A stretch of 63,964 nt of DNA, filler included, from an uncultured Acidimicrobiia bacterium (GTDB lineage: Bacteria > Actinomycetota > Acidimicrobiia > Spongiisociales > JAOTWH01), in assembly GCA_964347285.1 (NCBI GenBank). It is 11 parts of 11 records of this genome, joined end to end, with 100 filler letters (N's around TTAATTAATTAA, not from the genome) between each part and the next. Parts side by side here need not be neighbours in the genome. Positions count along the whole stretch, not along the records: positions 18,717 to 24,710 come from CAYFYE010000127.1; positions 24,811 to 30,704 come from CAYFYE010000128.1; positions 30,805 to 36,632 come from CAYFYE010000129.1; 8 more parts are not named here. One strand, written 5' to 3'. The translations under genes and the position numbers were made by a program. Under the pieces are notes generated by a model. That model was not told the origin of the DNA. It saw only the letters and a list, made by a program, of their open reading frames with translations, and ran no database searches. Shown here piece after piece: positions 20,047 through 31,014 of this stretch (positions within the stretch are counted from its first letter, which is position 1; every line of letters starts with the position of its first letter).

Positions 20047-21258
20047 ATGCGCTCCAGCCTGGCCTGGCGAGTCACCATTCCTGCGGTTGCCGCAGTGACG
20101 GTGGCGGCCCTGCCACCGTTCCTGACCGGCGCCGTCGCCGTGCAGATGGGGCCCGACATCGGCCTGGGCTTGACCGGGCTGGGGTGGACCGTGGGTTTGA
20201 TGTTTGCGGTCTCCGCCCTGGCCTCCCCGACCCTGGGTCGGGTGGTGGAGCAGGTCGGATGGCCCCTGAGCTTGCGGGTGGCCACCACCGGCAGCGCCCT
20301 CACGCTGATCGGGGTGGCGGCGGTAGCCGGCTCACCGGCCACGCTGGCCGCGATCTTCGTCCTCGGGGGCCTGGCGATCTCGCTGGCGCAGCCGGCCGCC
20401 AACCTGGCGCTGGCCCGAAGCGTCGCCCCGCATCGCCGGGGGCTGGCCTTCGGCATCAAGCACGGCGCGGTTCCCAGCGCCACTCTCCTCGGCGGCATTG
20501 CCGTGCCTACGGTGGCGCTCACCGTCGGATGGCGCTGGGCGTTCGTGGCCGGTTCGGTCCTGGCCGTGGTGACGGTGCTGGCGATTCCGTCCGCCTCGCC
20601 TCCGGTCCGGGGATCTACCGAAGTTCGCCCACTGGACGGCGGCGACCATATCGGCCGGCCCCGGACCCCGGGACTGCTCCTGGTGCTGCTCGCCGGATCT
20701 GCTGCGGCCGGGATCGCCGGCACCAATGCGCTGGCCACCTTCCTGGTCACCTACGCCGTGTCGATCGACGTGACCGACGCACTGGCCGGGGCCTTGCTGG
20801 CGGTGGGCAGCGCGGCCGGAATCCTCACCCGAGTCACCGCCGGCTGGCTGATCGACCGCCGCCCGGCGGCCGGCTTCACAACGGTTGCGGTCTTCATGGC
20901 CCTGGGATCACTGGGGTTGGCCCTCGTCGCCGCCGGAACGGCCTCCCTCTTGGTGGTTGGCTCCCTCCTGGCGATGGGTGCCGGATGGGGGTGGTCGGGA
21001 CTGTTCACCCACGGCGTCGTAACCAGGAACCTGGAAGCTCCGGCGGCCGCCACCGGCATCACCCAGACCGGCGTGTTCGTCGGCGCCGCCCTGGGCCCTC
21101 CGTTGTTCGGCGTCGTCGCCGACGGGATCTCGTTCGCCGCCGCCTGGAGCGGGGCGACCGCCGTGCTGCTGGCGGCGGGCGTCATCGTGCTCTACGTCGG
21201 ACGGCGCACCACTCCCACCTCGTTCGGAGCCCAGGCCGGTCCGGTTACCCCGCCCTGA
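20047..21258 (+). CDS. MFS transporter
   Basis: about 12 hydrophobic segments; LGRVVEQVG and GWLIDRR MFS loop motifs. Confidence 0.88.
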   Translation: MRSSLAWRVTIPAVAAVTVAALPPFLTGAVAVQMGPDIGLGLTGLGWTVGLMFAVSALASPTLGRVVEQVGWPLSLRVATTGSALTLIGVAAVAGSPATLAAIFVLGGLAISLAQPAANLALARSVAPHRRGLAFGIKHGAVPSATLLGGIAVPTVALTVGWRWAFVAGSVLAVVTVLAIPSASPPVRGSTEVRPLDGGDHIGRPRTPGLLLVLLAGSAAAGIAGTNALATFLVTYAVSIDVTDALAGALLAVGSAAGILTRVTAGWLIDRRPAAGFTTVAVFMALGSLGLALVAAGTASLLVVGSLLAMGAGWGWSGLFTHGVVTRNLEAPAAATGITQTGVFVGAALGPPLFGVVADGISFAAAWSGATAVLLAAGVIVLYVGRRTTPTSFGAQAGPVTPP

Positions 21259-21354
21259 GCCGATCCTGCCGGGATCGGGTCTCGGAATGGGACCGACGGG
21301 GACGCCCGCCGCAGCCTTCCTAGGATTGCCGCTGAGGCGAGGAGAGGCTCCACC

Positions 21355-22308
21355 ATGACCATGCGTTGCGTCATCACCGACTTCATGGGCGACGATCCCT
21401 CCCTCGAGGCCTCGCTGCTGCACGAGGCGGGAATCGATGCTTTCGTGGCTCCCGAGCCCGATCCGGCGACGTGGGCCGACGCCGCCGTAGAAGCAGACGC
21501 CATCCTCACCCGCCATGCTCCCGTACGCGAAGACACGATTCGGCGCCTCCGGCGCTGCCGGGTGATCTCCCGCTACGGCACCGGACACGACAACATCGAC
21601 GTGCCGGTGGCACTCGAGCGGGGCATCGTGGTCACCAACGTGCCCGACTACTGCTCGGACGAGGCCGCCGAGCACGCCATCACGCTGCTGTTGATGGCGG
21701 CCCGCCGCGCCGACGTGCTCACCCGTTCGGTGCGGGAAGGGGGATGGACCCCCCAGCCGCTTCCGCCGATCCGGCGCATCCGAGGCAGCTCGCTGGGGCT
21801 GATCGGCTACGGCCGCATCGGGGCGGGCGTGGCCCGGCGGGGGCGGGGCCTGGGACTGGTGGTGCACGTGTTCGACCCCTACCTGGCCCGCCCTCCCGAG
21901 GGAGTCACCATGCAGCCCACGGTGGAGGACTTGTTGCGTCGGGTCGACATGGTATCGCTGCACGCCCCCCTGACCGACGAGACCCGCCGGATCCTGGACG
22001 CCGAACGCCTGGCGCTGCTGCCTCCCGGCGCGATCGTCGTCAATGCGTCCCGGGGCGGCCTCCTCGATCTCGATGCGGCCATCGAGGCGCTTCGCTCCGG
22101 CCACCTGGCCGCAGTGGCCGTCGACGTAGCCGACCAGGAGCCGCTGCCGGTCGACCACGTCGCCCGAGATCTGCCCGGGCTCATCGTCACCCCGCACGTC
22201 GCCTACTACTCCCTCACCAGCGTGGACGAGGCCAAGCGGCGCAGCACTGCCGAGATCGTGCGGGTGCTCCGCGGGGACCCGCCCGAGAACCCGGTGACGC
22301 TGGGCTGA
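21355..22308 (+). CDS. D-isomer-specific 2-hydroxyacid dehydrogenase (CtBP-like)
   Basis: RYGTGHDNIDV, VTNVPDYC, GLIGYGRIG, SLHAPLT, VNASRG, IVTPHVAYYS. Confidence 0.92.
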   Translation: MTMRCVITDFMGDDPSLEASLLHEAGIDAFVAPEPDPATWADAAVEADAILTRHAPVREDTIRRLRRCRVISRYGTGHDNIDVPVALERGIVVTNVPDYCSDEAAEHAITLLLMAARRADVLTRSVREGGWTPQPLPPIRRIRGSSLGLIGYGRIGAGVARRGRGLGLVVHVFDPYLARPPEGVTMQPTVEDLLRRVDMVSLHAPLTDETRRILDAERLALLPPGAIVVNASRGGLLDLDAAIEALRSGHLAAVAVDVADQEPLPVDHVARDLPGLIVTPHVAYYSLTSVDEAKRRSTAEIVRVLRGDPPENPVTLG

Positions 22309-22506
22309 TTCCCTCAGTCGGCGGGGGCAGAGCGAGATGGAGCCATTCTTCGAGGGGACCGGCCTGCACGCCAACCAGATGATGGAGGAGTCGGTCGACG
22401 GGTCCCAGGCCGCCCGCCAGCGCCGGCGTGGGTCGGCCCGCACCGGTATGTACCGAGCAGGTCCGGAGTCCAGTGCTCCGATCGTTGCCTGGAGCGATCG
22501 TGGCCG

Positions 22507-23628
22507 TCACCGGGTCTTGATCAGCACCAGGTGGTCGGCCGCCGACTCGGCACCCCACACCTCGCCTGGGCGGCCCAGGATCTGGCGCACGTCGCCGGGA
22601 TCGTGGGGCAAGGGATAGGAGGTGAACGTCTCCGTGAACGGGTCGAAGCGGACCATGGCGTTGGCGCCGAAGTCGCTGACCCAAACGACGTCGGCGTCGT
22701 CGACGAACACGGCATACGCCGCCGGGTCCTCGCCCGGCAGCGGCCAGGTGTCCCACTCACGGCTGCTTGGTCGGTAGCGGCTGAGGCTGCCGCTGTTCCA
22801 CTCGCTGACCCAGATGGCGCCGCCGGAGTCGGCCCATACGCGGCGGGCGCCTTGGGCCGCGATGGGCGGCTCCACCACCAGCGCCGAACCGTCGGGCTGG
22901 ATGGCTCCCACGTAGGAGCCGGCGAGGGAGGCGAAGAACACAGCCTGGTCGGTAGCAGTGATCCCATAGGGGCCTCGGCCCCGCGGAGCGTCGTACACCA
23001 GCATCTCCCCGGTAACGGGGTCGAGCGATCCGTAGATGCCGTTCTGCCCGGTGAACCACAGCAGGCCGTCGGCGTCGAAGACGGCAGTATTGAGGTTGGC
23101 ATCGGGGCGCTCGTCGGGCAGGGGATAGACCGTGACGTGCGAGGTGACGGGGTCTACGGCGACGATGGAGTTCAGCCCCCCATCGGTCACCCAAGCCACG
23201 CCGGCATTGTCGACGATCACGCCGTGGGGCCGAGACCCGGGACCGAGCGGGATGTGCCTGGTCTCGCCGGTGACCGGATCTAGCCAGCCCAGCTCGCCGC
23301 TCCCCTGAGCGGTGTACCACACGCCGCCGTCCGCAGCCGGGGCCACGTCGTGGGGTCGGGAGCCGGCCGGTACCGGGAAGGCCTCGATGGTCAGTGCCTC
23401 GGGTGACAATGAAGCCAGCGTCGTTCCGGTGGTCGTCGAGACTGTGACCGACGTGGTGGTCGTCGCCGCGTCCGTGCTCGCGGGCGCCTCCGCAGCCGTG
23501 GTCGTGGGAGCAGGCGCCGAGGTGACGGACCCCGGCGCCGTAGCGCTTCCGGCAGGAGCGGTCGCTGGCGTGCCGGAGCCGGAGCAGGCGACCAGCAGCG
23601 CCAAGAACAGGGCGGGCGCTCGGGACAT
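22507..23628 (-). CDS. Vgb (virginiamycin B lyase)-family beta-propeller lipoprotein
   Basis: lipobox LLVAC; Ala/Thr linker; PHDVAPAADGGVWYTAQ, PHGVIV, PYGITAT, ARRVWADS repeats. Confidence 0.8.
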   Translation of the reverse strand: MSRAPALFLALLVACSGSGTPATAPAGSATAPGSVTSAPAPTTTAAEAPASTDAATTTTSVTVSTTTGTTLASLSPEALTIEAFPVPAGSRPHDVAPAADGGVWYTAQGSGELGWLDPVTGETRHIPLGPGSRPHGVIVDNAGVAWVTDGGLNSIVAVDPVTSHVTVYPLPDERPDANLNTAVFDADGLLWFTGQNGIYGSLDPVTGEMLVYDAPRGRGPYGITATDQAVFFASLAGSYVGAIQPDGSALVVEPPIAAQGARRVWADSGGAIWVSEWNSGSLSRYRPSSREWDTWPLPGEDPAAYAVFVDDADVVWVSDFGANAMVRFDPFTETFTSYPLPHDPGDVRQILGRPGEVWGAESAADHLVLIKTR

Positions 23629-23790
23629 ATAGCGACGCTACCGGTCGTCGGGGCTTCTCCGCCGCGAAGACCGATCGATGATGTCCGCGACCGCCTCCTC
23701 TTCTTCGCCGGGACGCGGCACCCTGCGGCGCACTGCCGGCAGCACGGGTAAGGTCAGCCCGGAGCGCTATGTCGGGCGAAAGGGAGCACC

Positions 23791-24710
23791 ATGTCGAGCC
23801 GCATTCTCCTCAGGGGCGGGCACGTCATATCCATGGATCCGAGGGTCGGTGACCTCTCCCCGGGAGATGTGCTCATCGAGGACGATCGCATCGCCCAGGT
23901 GGGCCCGTCGATCGAAGCCGGAGACGCCGAGGTCATCGACGTGGCCGGCCAGATCGTCATACCGGGGTTCATCGACAGTCATCGGCACACCTGGGAGGCC
24001 GCCATTCGCAACTGCGCCCCCAACGCCACCCTGGACGACTACTTCGTCGAGGTGCTCGATTCCTTCGCCCCCCTCTACCGCCCCGAGGACGTGTACGCCT
24101 CCAACCTCTGGGGCTCACTGGAGTGCATCGATGCCGGCATCACGACGCTCGTCGACTGGTCCCACATCAACAACACCCCGGACCATCCCGACGCCGCCAT
24201 CGAGGGGCTCCGGGAGACCGGCATCCGTGCCCAGTACGCCTACGGGAGCGCCAACACCTCGCTCACCGACTACTGGTGGGAGAGCGAGATCGTCATGCCC
24301 AAGGACGACGTCGCCCGCGTCAGGGAGACCCACTTCAGCGGCGACGGTCTCATCTCGATGGCCCTGGCCACCCGGGGCCCGGGCTGGTGCAAGCCGGAGG
24401 TGGTGAAGGCGGAGTGGGAGATGGCGAAGGAGTTCGACCTCCCCATCACCGTCCATGTCGGCATGGGACGCCTCGCCGGCCGCTTCGGGATGGTCCAGCA
24501 GTTGGCCGACATGGACCTGCTCTACCCGGGTACCACCTACATCCACTCCTGCTATCTCTCCGACGAGGAGTGGCGGCTCGTCGTCGACTCCGGCTCGCAC
24601 ATCTCCGTGGCCGCCCAGGTCGAGTTGCAGATGGGGCACGGCACGCCCCCGACGATCCAATGCCGCAAGCACGGCATCAGGGCGAGCCTCAGCAACGACG
24701 TCGTCACCAC
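23791..24710 (+). CDS. amidohydrolase family protein (3'-partial)
   Basis: PGFIDSHRHTWE metal motif, AGITTLVDWSH, ITVHVG. Confidence 0.9.
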
Positions 24711-24913
24711 NNNNNNNNNNNNNNNNNNNNNNNNNNNNNNNNNNNNNNNNNNNNTTAATTAATTAANNNNNNNNNNNNNNNNNNNNNNNNNNNNNNNNNN
24801 NNNNNNNNNNTGCTCGTTGATCAGGGCCCGGCTCATAGCGCCTCCTTCACCGATCCTACCGACGTGCCGGCGGGGCTGAAGCGCTGGGTCTGAGGCCGGG
24901 TCGCCTCACCTCG

Positions 24914-24988
24914 CATGAGGATTGAGAACTCACATGAGGATTGACGGAATCATCGGGGACAGATTGGGTTTTATTTAGTACTAAATAA
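24914..24988. promoter_or_regulatory. operator region: 12-bp direct repeat plus perfect 18-bp AT-rich palindrome
   Basis: catgaggattga at 24914-24925 and 24933-24944; ttatttagtactaaataa at 24971-24988 directly before RBS aggaggag. Confidence 0.7.
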
Positions 24989-24998
24989 GGAGGAGGAG

Positions 24999-25214
24999 AT
25001 GCCGACCCTCAACGCATCCCATACCTGGTCTCGCCTGTCGCCGTTCCATCGCGCCAAGCTGGCCTTTTTCGGCGCAGCCTTCGTGTCCTTCGTGCTGGCC
25101 GTGGCTCTGTGGTTCTTCGTCGATCACGAGCTCGGTCTGTTCGTCGGACTGTGGGTCCCGTCGATTCACTCCCTGGGAGCCCTGGTGCTCGTCGGTGAGG
25201 AGTCGCGCCGATGA
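24999..25214 (+). CDS. small two-TM membrane protein
   Basis: 71 aa; strong RBS; GLFVGLWVPSI motif. Confidence 0.75.
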   Translation: MPTLNASHTWSRLSPFHRAKLAFFGAAFVSFVLAVALWFFVDHELGLFVGLWVPSIHSLGALVLVGEESRR

Positions 25215-25381
25215 GCGATCCCTACATCTTCATCATCGGGGCCGTCCTCTTCGTCTTCACGACCTCGGCGACGTTCCTGTTCGGGATGTTGCGGTTCAAC
25301 GAGGTCTACGAAGATCCCGACGCCGAGCTGGACAAGCTGGAGAGCGTGGCACAGCCCGACCCCGTCGTCGAAGAAGCGTAG
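25211..25381 (+). CDS. small single-TM protein (56 aa), not in the ORF track
   Basis: ATGA overlap; MSDPYIFIIGAVLFVFTTSATFLFGMLRFNEVYEDPDAELDKLESVAQPDPVVEEA; GC-rich third codon positions. Confidence 0.7.
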   Translation: MSDPYIFIIGAVLFVFTTSATFLFGMLRFNEVYEDPDAELDKLESVAQPDPVVEEA

Positions 25382-25433
25382 AGCCGGCAGCGCCCCGGTA
25401 CCCAGAGGCCGCCGGTCACCTCTCGCCGCCGGG

Positions 25434-26027
25434 TCAGCCCCCTCCCTGCTCCTCGCCGCCGGGGGGTACCCGGTCGCCCCGTTCGTCGATCCAGTCCTCG
25501 GGCTGGAGGCCCAGGCCGTCGGCGACCCGATTGATGTAGTTGAAGTAGCCGCACACCTGGACCGCGTCGGTGATCGCCCGGTCGTCCCAACCGGCCGACC
25601 GCAGGGAATCGACATCGGCCCCCGACATGCCGGCCGGCTCCTTGGTCAGCTTCTCGGCAAAGGCGAGCAGCGCCGCGGTAGCCGGGTCGAGTCCGGCCTC
25701 CCGCCAGTCCCGAGCGAAGCGATCCACCATCTCTTGATCTTCGACCTCGGCCCGGAGGTCGTGCAGATGGGCCCGCACTCAGTAGACGCAGTCGTTGGCC
25801 TGTGAGGTGACCACCGCGATCATCTCCCTCTGGGCACGTGACAGCGGGGATTCCCCGAACATCACCGTCCGGTAGAGGCGGATGGAGTCCCGGAGTGAGG
25901 CCGGGTTGTGGCTCTGGATGGCGACCACGCCCCAGATGCGTCCGGCCCGGCGCAGGGCGGCGTCGTATTCTCGGCGCAGGGCGCCGTCGGCCTCCTCCGG
26001 CGGGATCGGCGGTACGAAGGAGGCCAT
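25434..26027 (-). CDS. AhpD/CMD-family peroxidase-related selenoprotein (CxxU; UGA at 25779-25781)
   Basis: two track ORFs are in frame and abut at a TGA: LSRAQREMIAVVTSQANDCVY-U-VRAH...FNYINRVADGLG; downstream hairpin. Confidence 0.85.
25742..25761 (-). promoter_or_regulatory. candidate bacterial SECIS hairpin
   Basis: mRNA CGACCUC-CGGGCC-GAGGUCG, 7-bp stem starting 17 nt after the UGA. Confidence 0.6.
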
Positions 26028-26031
26028 CGGC

Positions 26032-26595
26032 CTAGCGAGCCGGGAGCCGCTCGCTCAGGACGCGAGCGGCATGGCCCCCAAAATCGATCGACGGATCGAG
26101 CAACCATAGGAAGGCCAGCCCGTTGAGCGTGGCCAGCATCACTTCGGCGTCCAGCCGGGCCTCGGGTTCGGTCATCTCGGAATGCTCCCTGGCCAGGGCG
26201 GCGGCGAAGCGGTCCACCCGGCGCTCGTGGTGGGCCAGGATGCGCTGGCCCAGTTCGCCGGGGTCGAGGCCGCCGGCCACCGACATCTGCACGTACACCC
26301 GGGCCAGGGCCGGCTGGCCGGTGATGAACTGCACGTAGGCCTGGAACAGCTCGGCGACGGTGTCGCTGCCCCCGCCGCTCGGATCAGGGTCGACGGCGTC
26401 GATGGCCTCTCCCACCACCGATAGCACCGCCTGCTCCTTGGAATCGAACAGGTTGTAGAAGCTGCCGGGCCGGATCCCGGCTCGCTCGCAGATGGCGGCG
26501 ATCGTGGTCCCGTCCAGCCCTCCTTCGGCGAGCAGGGCGCGGGTGGCGTCGAGGATCTTGTCCCTGGTCTCGAGACCGACCTTGTAGCGGGCCAT
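26032..26595 (-). CDS. TetR/AcrR family transcriptional regulator
   Basis: TRDKILDATRALLAEGG...TTIAAICERAGI..GSFYNLFDSKE. Confidence 0.92.
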   Translation of the reverse strand: MARYKVGLETRDKILDATRALLAEGGLDGTTIAAICERAGIRPGSFYNLFDSKEQAVLSVVGEAIDAVDPDPSGGGSDTVAELFQAYVQFITGQPALARVYVQMSVAGGLDPGELGQRILAHHERRVDRFAAALAREHSEMTEPEARLDAEVMLATLNGLAFLWLLDPSIDFGGHAARVLSERLPAR

Positions 26596-26673
26596 GCCGT
26601 CCTCCAGGGGAAGCTACCACTCTCCGGCACGGGCGGGCTCTACAGTCGCCGCCCCATTGTGCCGACCTAGAAA

Positions 26674-26689
26674 TAGAATAAACATTCAA
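26674..26689. promoter_or_regulatory. candidate TetR operator in the divergent promoter
   Basis: AT-rich imperfect palindrome taGAATaaacATTCaa between tetR and the acyl-CoA dehydrogenase. Confidence 0.4.
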
Positions 26690-26723
26690 AATAGAGTGTA
26701 GACTCAAGAACGGCGAGGAACGG

Positions 26724-28535
26724 ATGATGAGCCATTTCAAGTCGAATCTCCGGGACATCGAGTTCAACCTGTTCGAGTTCCACCGGATCCAGGAGTACCT
26801 GGGACGGGCCCCGTGGGAAGCGATCGATCGCGACACCGCCGGAGACGTCCTGCGTGAGGTCGATCGATTCGCCCGTGAGGAGTTCGCCGCCGACTTCGTC
26901 GAATCCGACCGCAATCCGCCGACGCTTGAGGACGACGGGGTGCACCTCCCCGACCCGTTGAAAAGGAGCCTGGAGGCCTTCTACGAGGCCGAATGGCATC
27001 GCTTCGGCCTCCCCGAGGTCGTCGGCGGCATGCCGACACCGTCCTCGCTGCGGTGGGCGTTCCAGGAGCTGATGGTCGGTGCCAACCCGGCCGCCTACCT
27101 GTTCCTTTCCGGAGGCCTGATGGCGAGCATCGTCGGCATGCTGGGAACGCCCGACCAGGTGGAGCGTTTCGCCCGGCCCACGATCGAGCATCGCTGGGGG
27201 GGCACGATGGTGCTCACCGAGCCAGATGCCGGCTCCGACGTCGGCGCCGGCACCACCAAGGCCATCCACGTCGAGGGCGACGTCTACCACATCGAAGGCG
27301 TGAAGCGCTTCATCACCTCGGGCGACTCCGATTACCACGCCAACATCATCCACCTCGTCCTGGCCCGGCCGGAGGGAGCCGGCCCCGGCACCAAGGGCCT
27401 GTCGATGTTCATCGTTCCCAAGTATCTGGTGAACGACGACGGATCGCTCGGCGAGCGCAACGGGGTGGTGGCCACCAACCTGGAAGACAAGATGGGCCTG
27501 AAGGCATCGGCGACCTGCGAGTTGACCTTCGGTGCCGAACGGCCCGCAGTCGGCTACCTGGTTGGTGGAGAGCACAACGGCATCGCCCAGATGTTCCATG
27601 TGATCGAGTACGCCCGGATGCTCATCGGCACCAAGGCGGCCTCGACGCTGTCGACCGGTTACCTCACGGCCCTCGAGTACGCCAAGGAGCGGATCCAGGG
27701 CCCCGACCTCACCGAGGCCCGCGACAAGACCGCACCTCGGGTGCCCATCATTCGCCACCCCGACGTGCGCCGCATGCTCATGCTCCAGAAGGCACACGCC
27801 GAAGGGCTGCGGGCACTCATCTACTACGCCGGGTGCGTGCAGGACCGGGCCGAGCTCGATCCCGACGAGCCCCATTGGCACAAGCTCGACGATCTGCTGC
27901 TGCCGATGGTCAAGGGCTATTCGTCGGAGAAGGCCTACGAGCTGCTCGCCCAGTCGGTGCAGGTTCTGGGCGGCTCCGGCTTCCTGAAGGACTACCCGCT
28001 CGAGCAGTACATCCGGGACGCCAAGATCGACACCCTGTACGAGGGGACCACCGGCATCCAGGCGCTCGACCTGTTCTTCAGAAAGATCGCCCGCGATCGG
28101 GGCGAGACCATGACCCGCCTCGGCGCCGAGATCATCGAGACGATCAAGGGCGGCGAAGCCGACGATCCTCTCGCCGAGGAGCGGGAGGCGCTGGGCCGGG
28201 CCCTCGAGGACGTCCAGGCCCACCTGGGGTCCATGGTCGGTCATCTGATGGCGGCTCGCGACGAGGTCACCGAGGTGTACAAGGTCGGCCTGCAAACCAA
28301 CTCGGTGCTGGAGAGCCTGTCGGAGGTGGTCATCGGATGGCTGCTGCTTGGCCATGCCGAGGTGGCCCTCGAGGCTCTGGACGGCGATCCGGGAGACGAC
28401 CGCAGCTTCTACGAGGGCAAGGTGGCCTCGGCCCGCTTCTGGGCCCGCCACATCTTCCCCAAGGTGACCATGCGCCGCCAGGTGGCCGAGGCCGAGGACG
28501 GCCGTCTGATGGCCGTTCCCGACGAGGCCTTCTAG
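26724..28535 (+). CDS. acyl-CoA dehydrogenase (FadE5-like)
   Basis: SHFKSNLRDIEFNLFE, TMVLTEPDAGSDVG, KRFITSG, EDKMGLKASATCEL, IRDAKIDTLYEGTTGIQALD. Confidence 0.95.
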   Translation: MMSHFKSNLRDIEFNLFEFHRIQEYLGRAPWEAIDRDTAGDVLREVDRFAREEFAADFVESDRNPPTLEDDGVHLPDPLKRSLEAFYEAEWHRFGLPEVVGGMPTPSSLRWAFQELMVGANPAAYLFLSGGLMASIVGMLGTPDQVERFARPTIEHRWGGTMVLTEPDAGSDVGAGTTKAIHVEGDVYHIEGVKRFITSGDSDYHANIIHLVLARPEGAGPGTKGLSMFIVPKYLVNDDGSLGERNGVVATNLEDKMGLKASATCELTFGAERPAVGYLVGGEHNGIAQMFHVIEYARMLIGTKAASTLSTGYLTALEYAKERIQGPDLTEARDKTAPRVPIIRHPDVRRMLMLQKAHAEGLRALIYYAGCVQDRAELDPDEPHWHKLDDLLLPMVKGYSSEKAYELLAQSVQVLGGSGFLKDYPLEQYIRDAKIDTLYEGTTGIQALDLFFRKIARDRGETMTRLGAEIIETIKGGEADDPLAEEREALGRALEDVQAHLGSMVGHLMAARDEVTEVYKVGLQTNSVLESLSEVVIGWLLLGHAEVALEALDGDPGDDRSFYEGKVASARFWARHIFPKVTMRRQVAEAEDGRLMAVPDEAF

Positions 28536-28547
28536 GCCTCTGGAGTC

Positions 28548-29285
28548 TCAGCCGGCCGGGCGCCGGTCCCGGTAGGCCGCCATCAGCTTGTCGCGGCGGT
28601 CGTCGGGAAGTGGCTTGACCGCCTCCCGGATCGTGACCCCCGACACTCGATGGGTGCGGGGAGCCAGCCACCCGTACACCAGATCGGGGCGCTTGCGGGC
28701 GGTGTCCCGCAGCACCCAGCCGATCGCCTTGCGAACGAAGAACTCCTTCTCTTCCAGCATCGCATCGGCGTAGCCGGCGAAGCGATCGAAGTCCCCGCCT
28801 CCGGCCCGCAACGGCCCGAGGTGGGCGAGCAGCGCCGAGCGACGCATCCAGAAGTCGTCGTCGGCGGCCCAGCGATCGAGGTCGGCCCCCAGCTCGGGGC
28901 ACCGCTCCGCCAGCGGGCCCACCACCGTGGCGGCCAGGTTGTCGACGAGGGCCCAGGTCCCCGACTCGCGCAGCATCGACTCGAGGAGGGCCAGGTCGGC
29001 GGCCTCCAGACGATCCGCATACAGCTCCAGCAGGAACACCGCCGCCAGCCGGCACTCGAACACCGGCCGCTCCCACAGTGCCCCCGCCGTTTCCAGCACA
29101 GCGGAACGGGTCAGAGCGGGCCGGTCGGCCTCGACCGCCTTGGCCGCCCTCCGAATGGCCGGCACGGTGACGCCGAAGAACTGAAGGTCGCTCTTGAGGT
29201 AAGCCTTCTCCCGCTCGGCGCGGGTGGGGTCACCGAGCGCGGCGAGCTCCCGTTCGATCTGGTCGGACAGTGCCGGAGCGCTCAA
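28548..29285 (-). CDS. DNA alkylation repair protein (AlkD-like)
   Basis: KAYLKS..FFGVTVP, TWALVD, W..DDDFWMRRSA, EFFVRKAIGWVLR; TTG start at 29285 inferred. Confidence 0.85.
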   Translation of the reverse strand: MSAPALSDQIERELAALGDPTRAEREKAYLKSDLQFFGVTVPAIRRAAKAVEADRPALTRSAVLETAGALWERPVFECRLAAVFLLELYADRLEAADLALLESMLRESGTWALVDNLAATVVGPLAERCPELGADLDRWAADDDFWMRRSALLAHLGPLRAGGGDFDRFAGYADAMLEEKEFFVRKAIGWVLRDTARKRPDLVYGWLAPRTHRVSGVTIREAVKPLPDDRRDKLMAAYRDRRPAG

Positions 29286-29340
29286 TCTCGTTCCGCTCTT
29301 CCCGTCGGGGCCTGGGCCGCCCATTCCCGGACCGGCCGCT

Positions 29341-30704
<1,364 letters not shown>

Positions 30705-30804
30705 NNNNNNNNNNNNNNNNNNNNNNNNNNNNNNNNNNNNNNNNNNNNTTAATTAATTAANNNNNNNNNNNNNNNNNNNNNNNNNNNNNNNNNNNNNNNN
30801 NNNN

Positions 30805-31014
30805 GTAGGCGCCGAGCTGGTCAGCCGCCTTCGCTTCCGCGACTTCGCCGAGGCCGGAACCGTTCTGGTGCTGACGATTGCGACGGTGCTGGTCATCGAC
30901 AGCATCTCCGGTGCGGTGCGGCGCCGGATCATCTCCGGCGAGGCCTCCGAGAGTCCGATCGCCCGCTTCTTCTCCTCCTTCGGACGGCGCGAGCCGTACG
31001 TCGAGCCGACGTGA
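30805..31014 (+). CDS. PhnE/PtxC-like ABC permease C-terminus (5'-partial)
   Basis: VGAELVSRLRFRDFAEAGTVLVLTIATVLVIDSISGAVRRRII; GTGA overlap with the next gene. Confidence 0.6.
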   Translation, partial: VGAELVSRLRFRDFAEAGTVLVLTIATVLVIDSISGAVRRRIISGEASESPIARFFSSFGRREPYVEPT

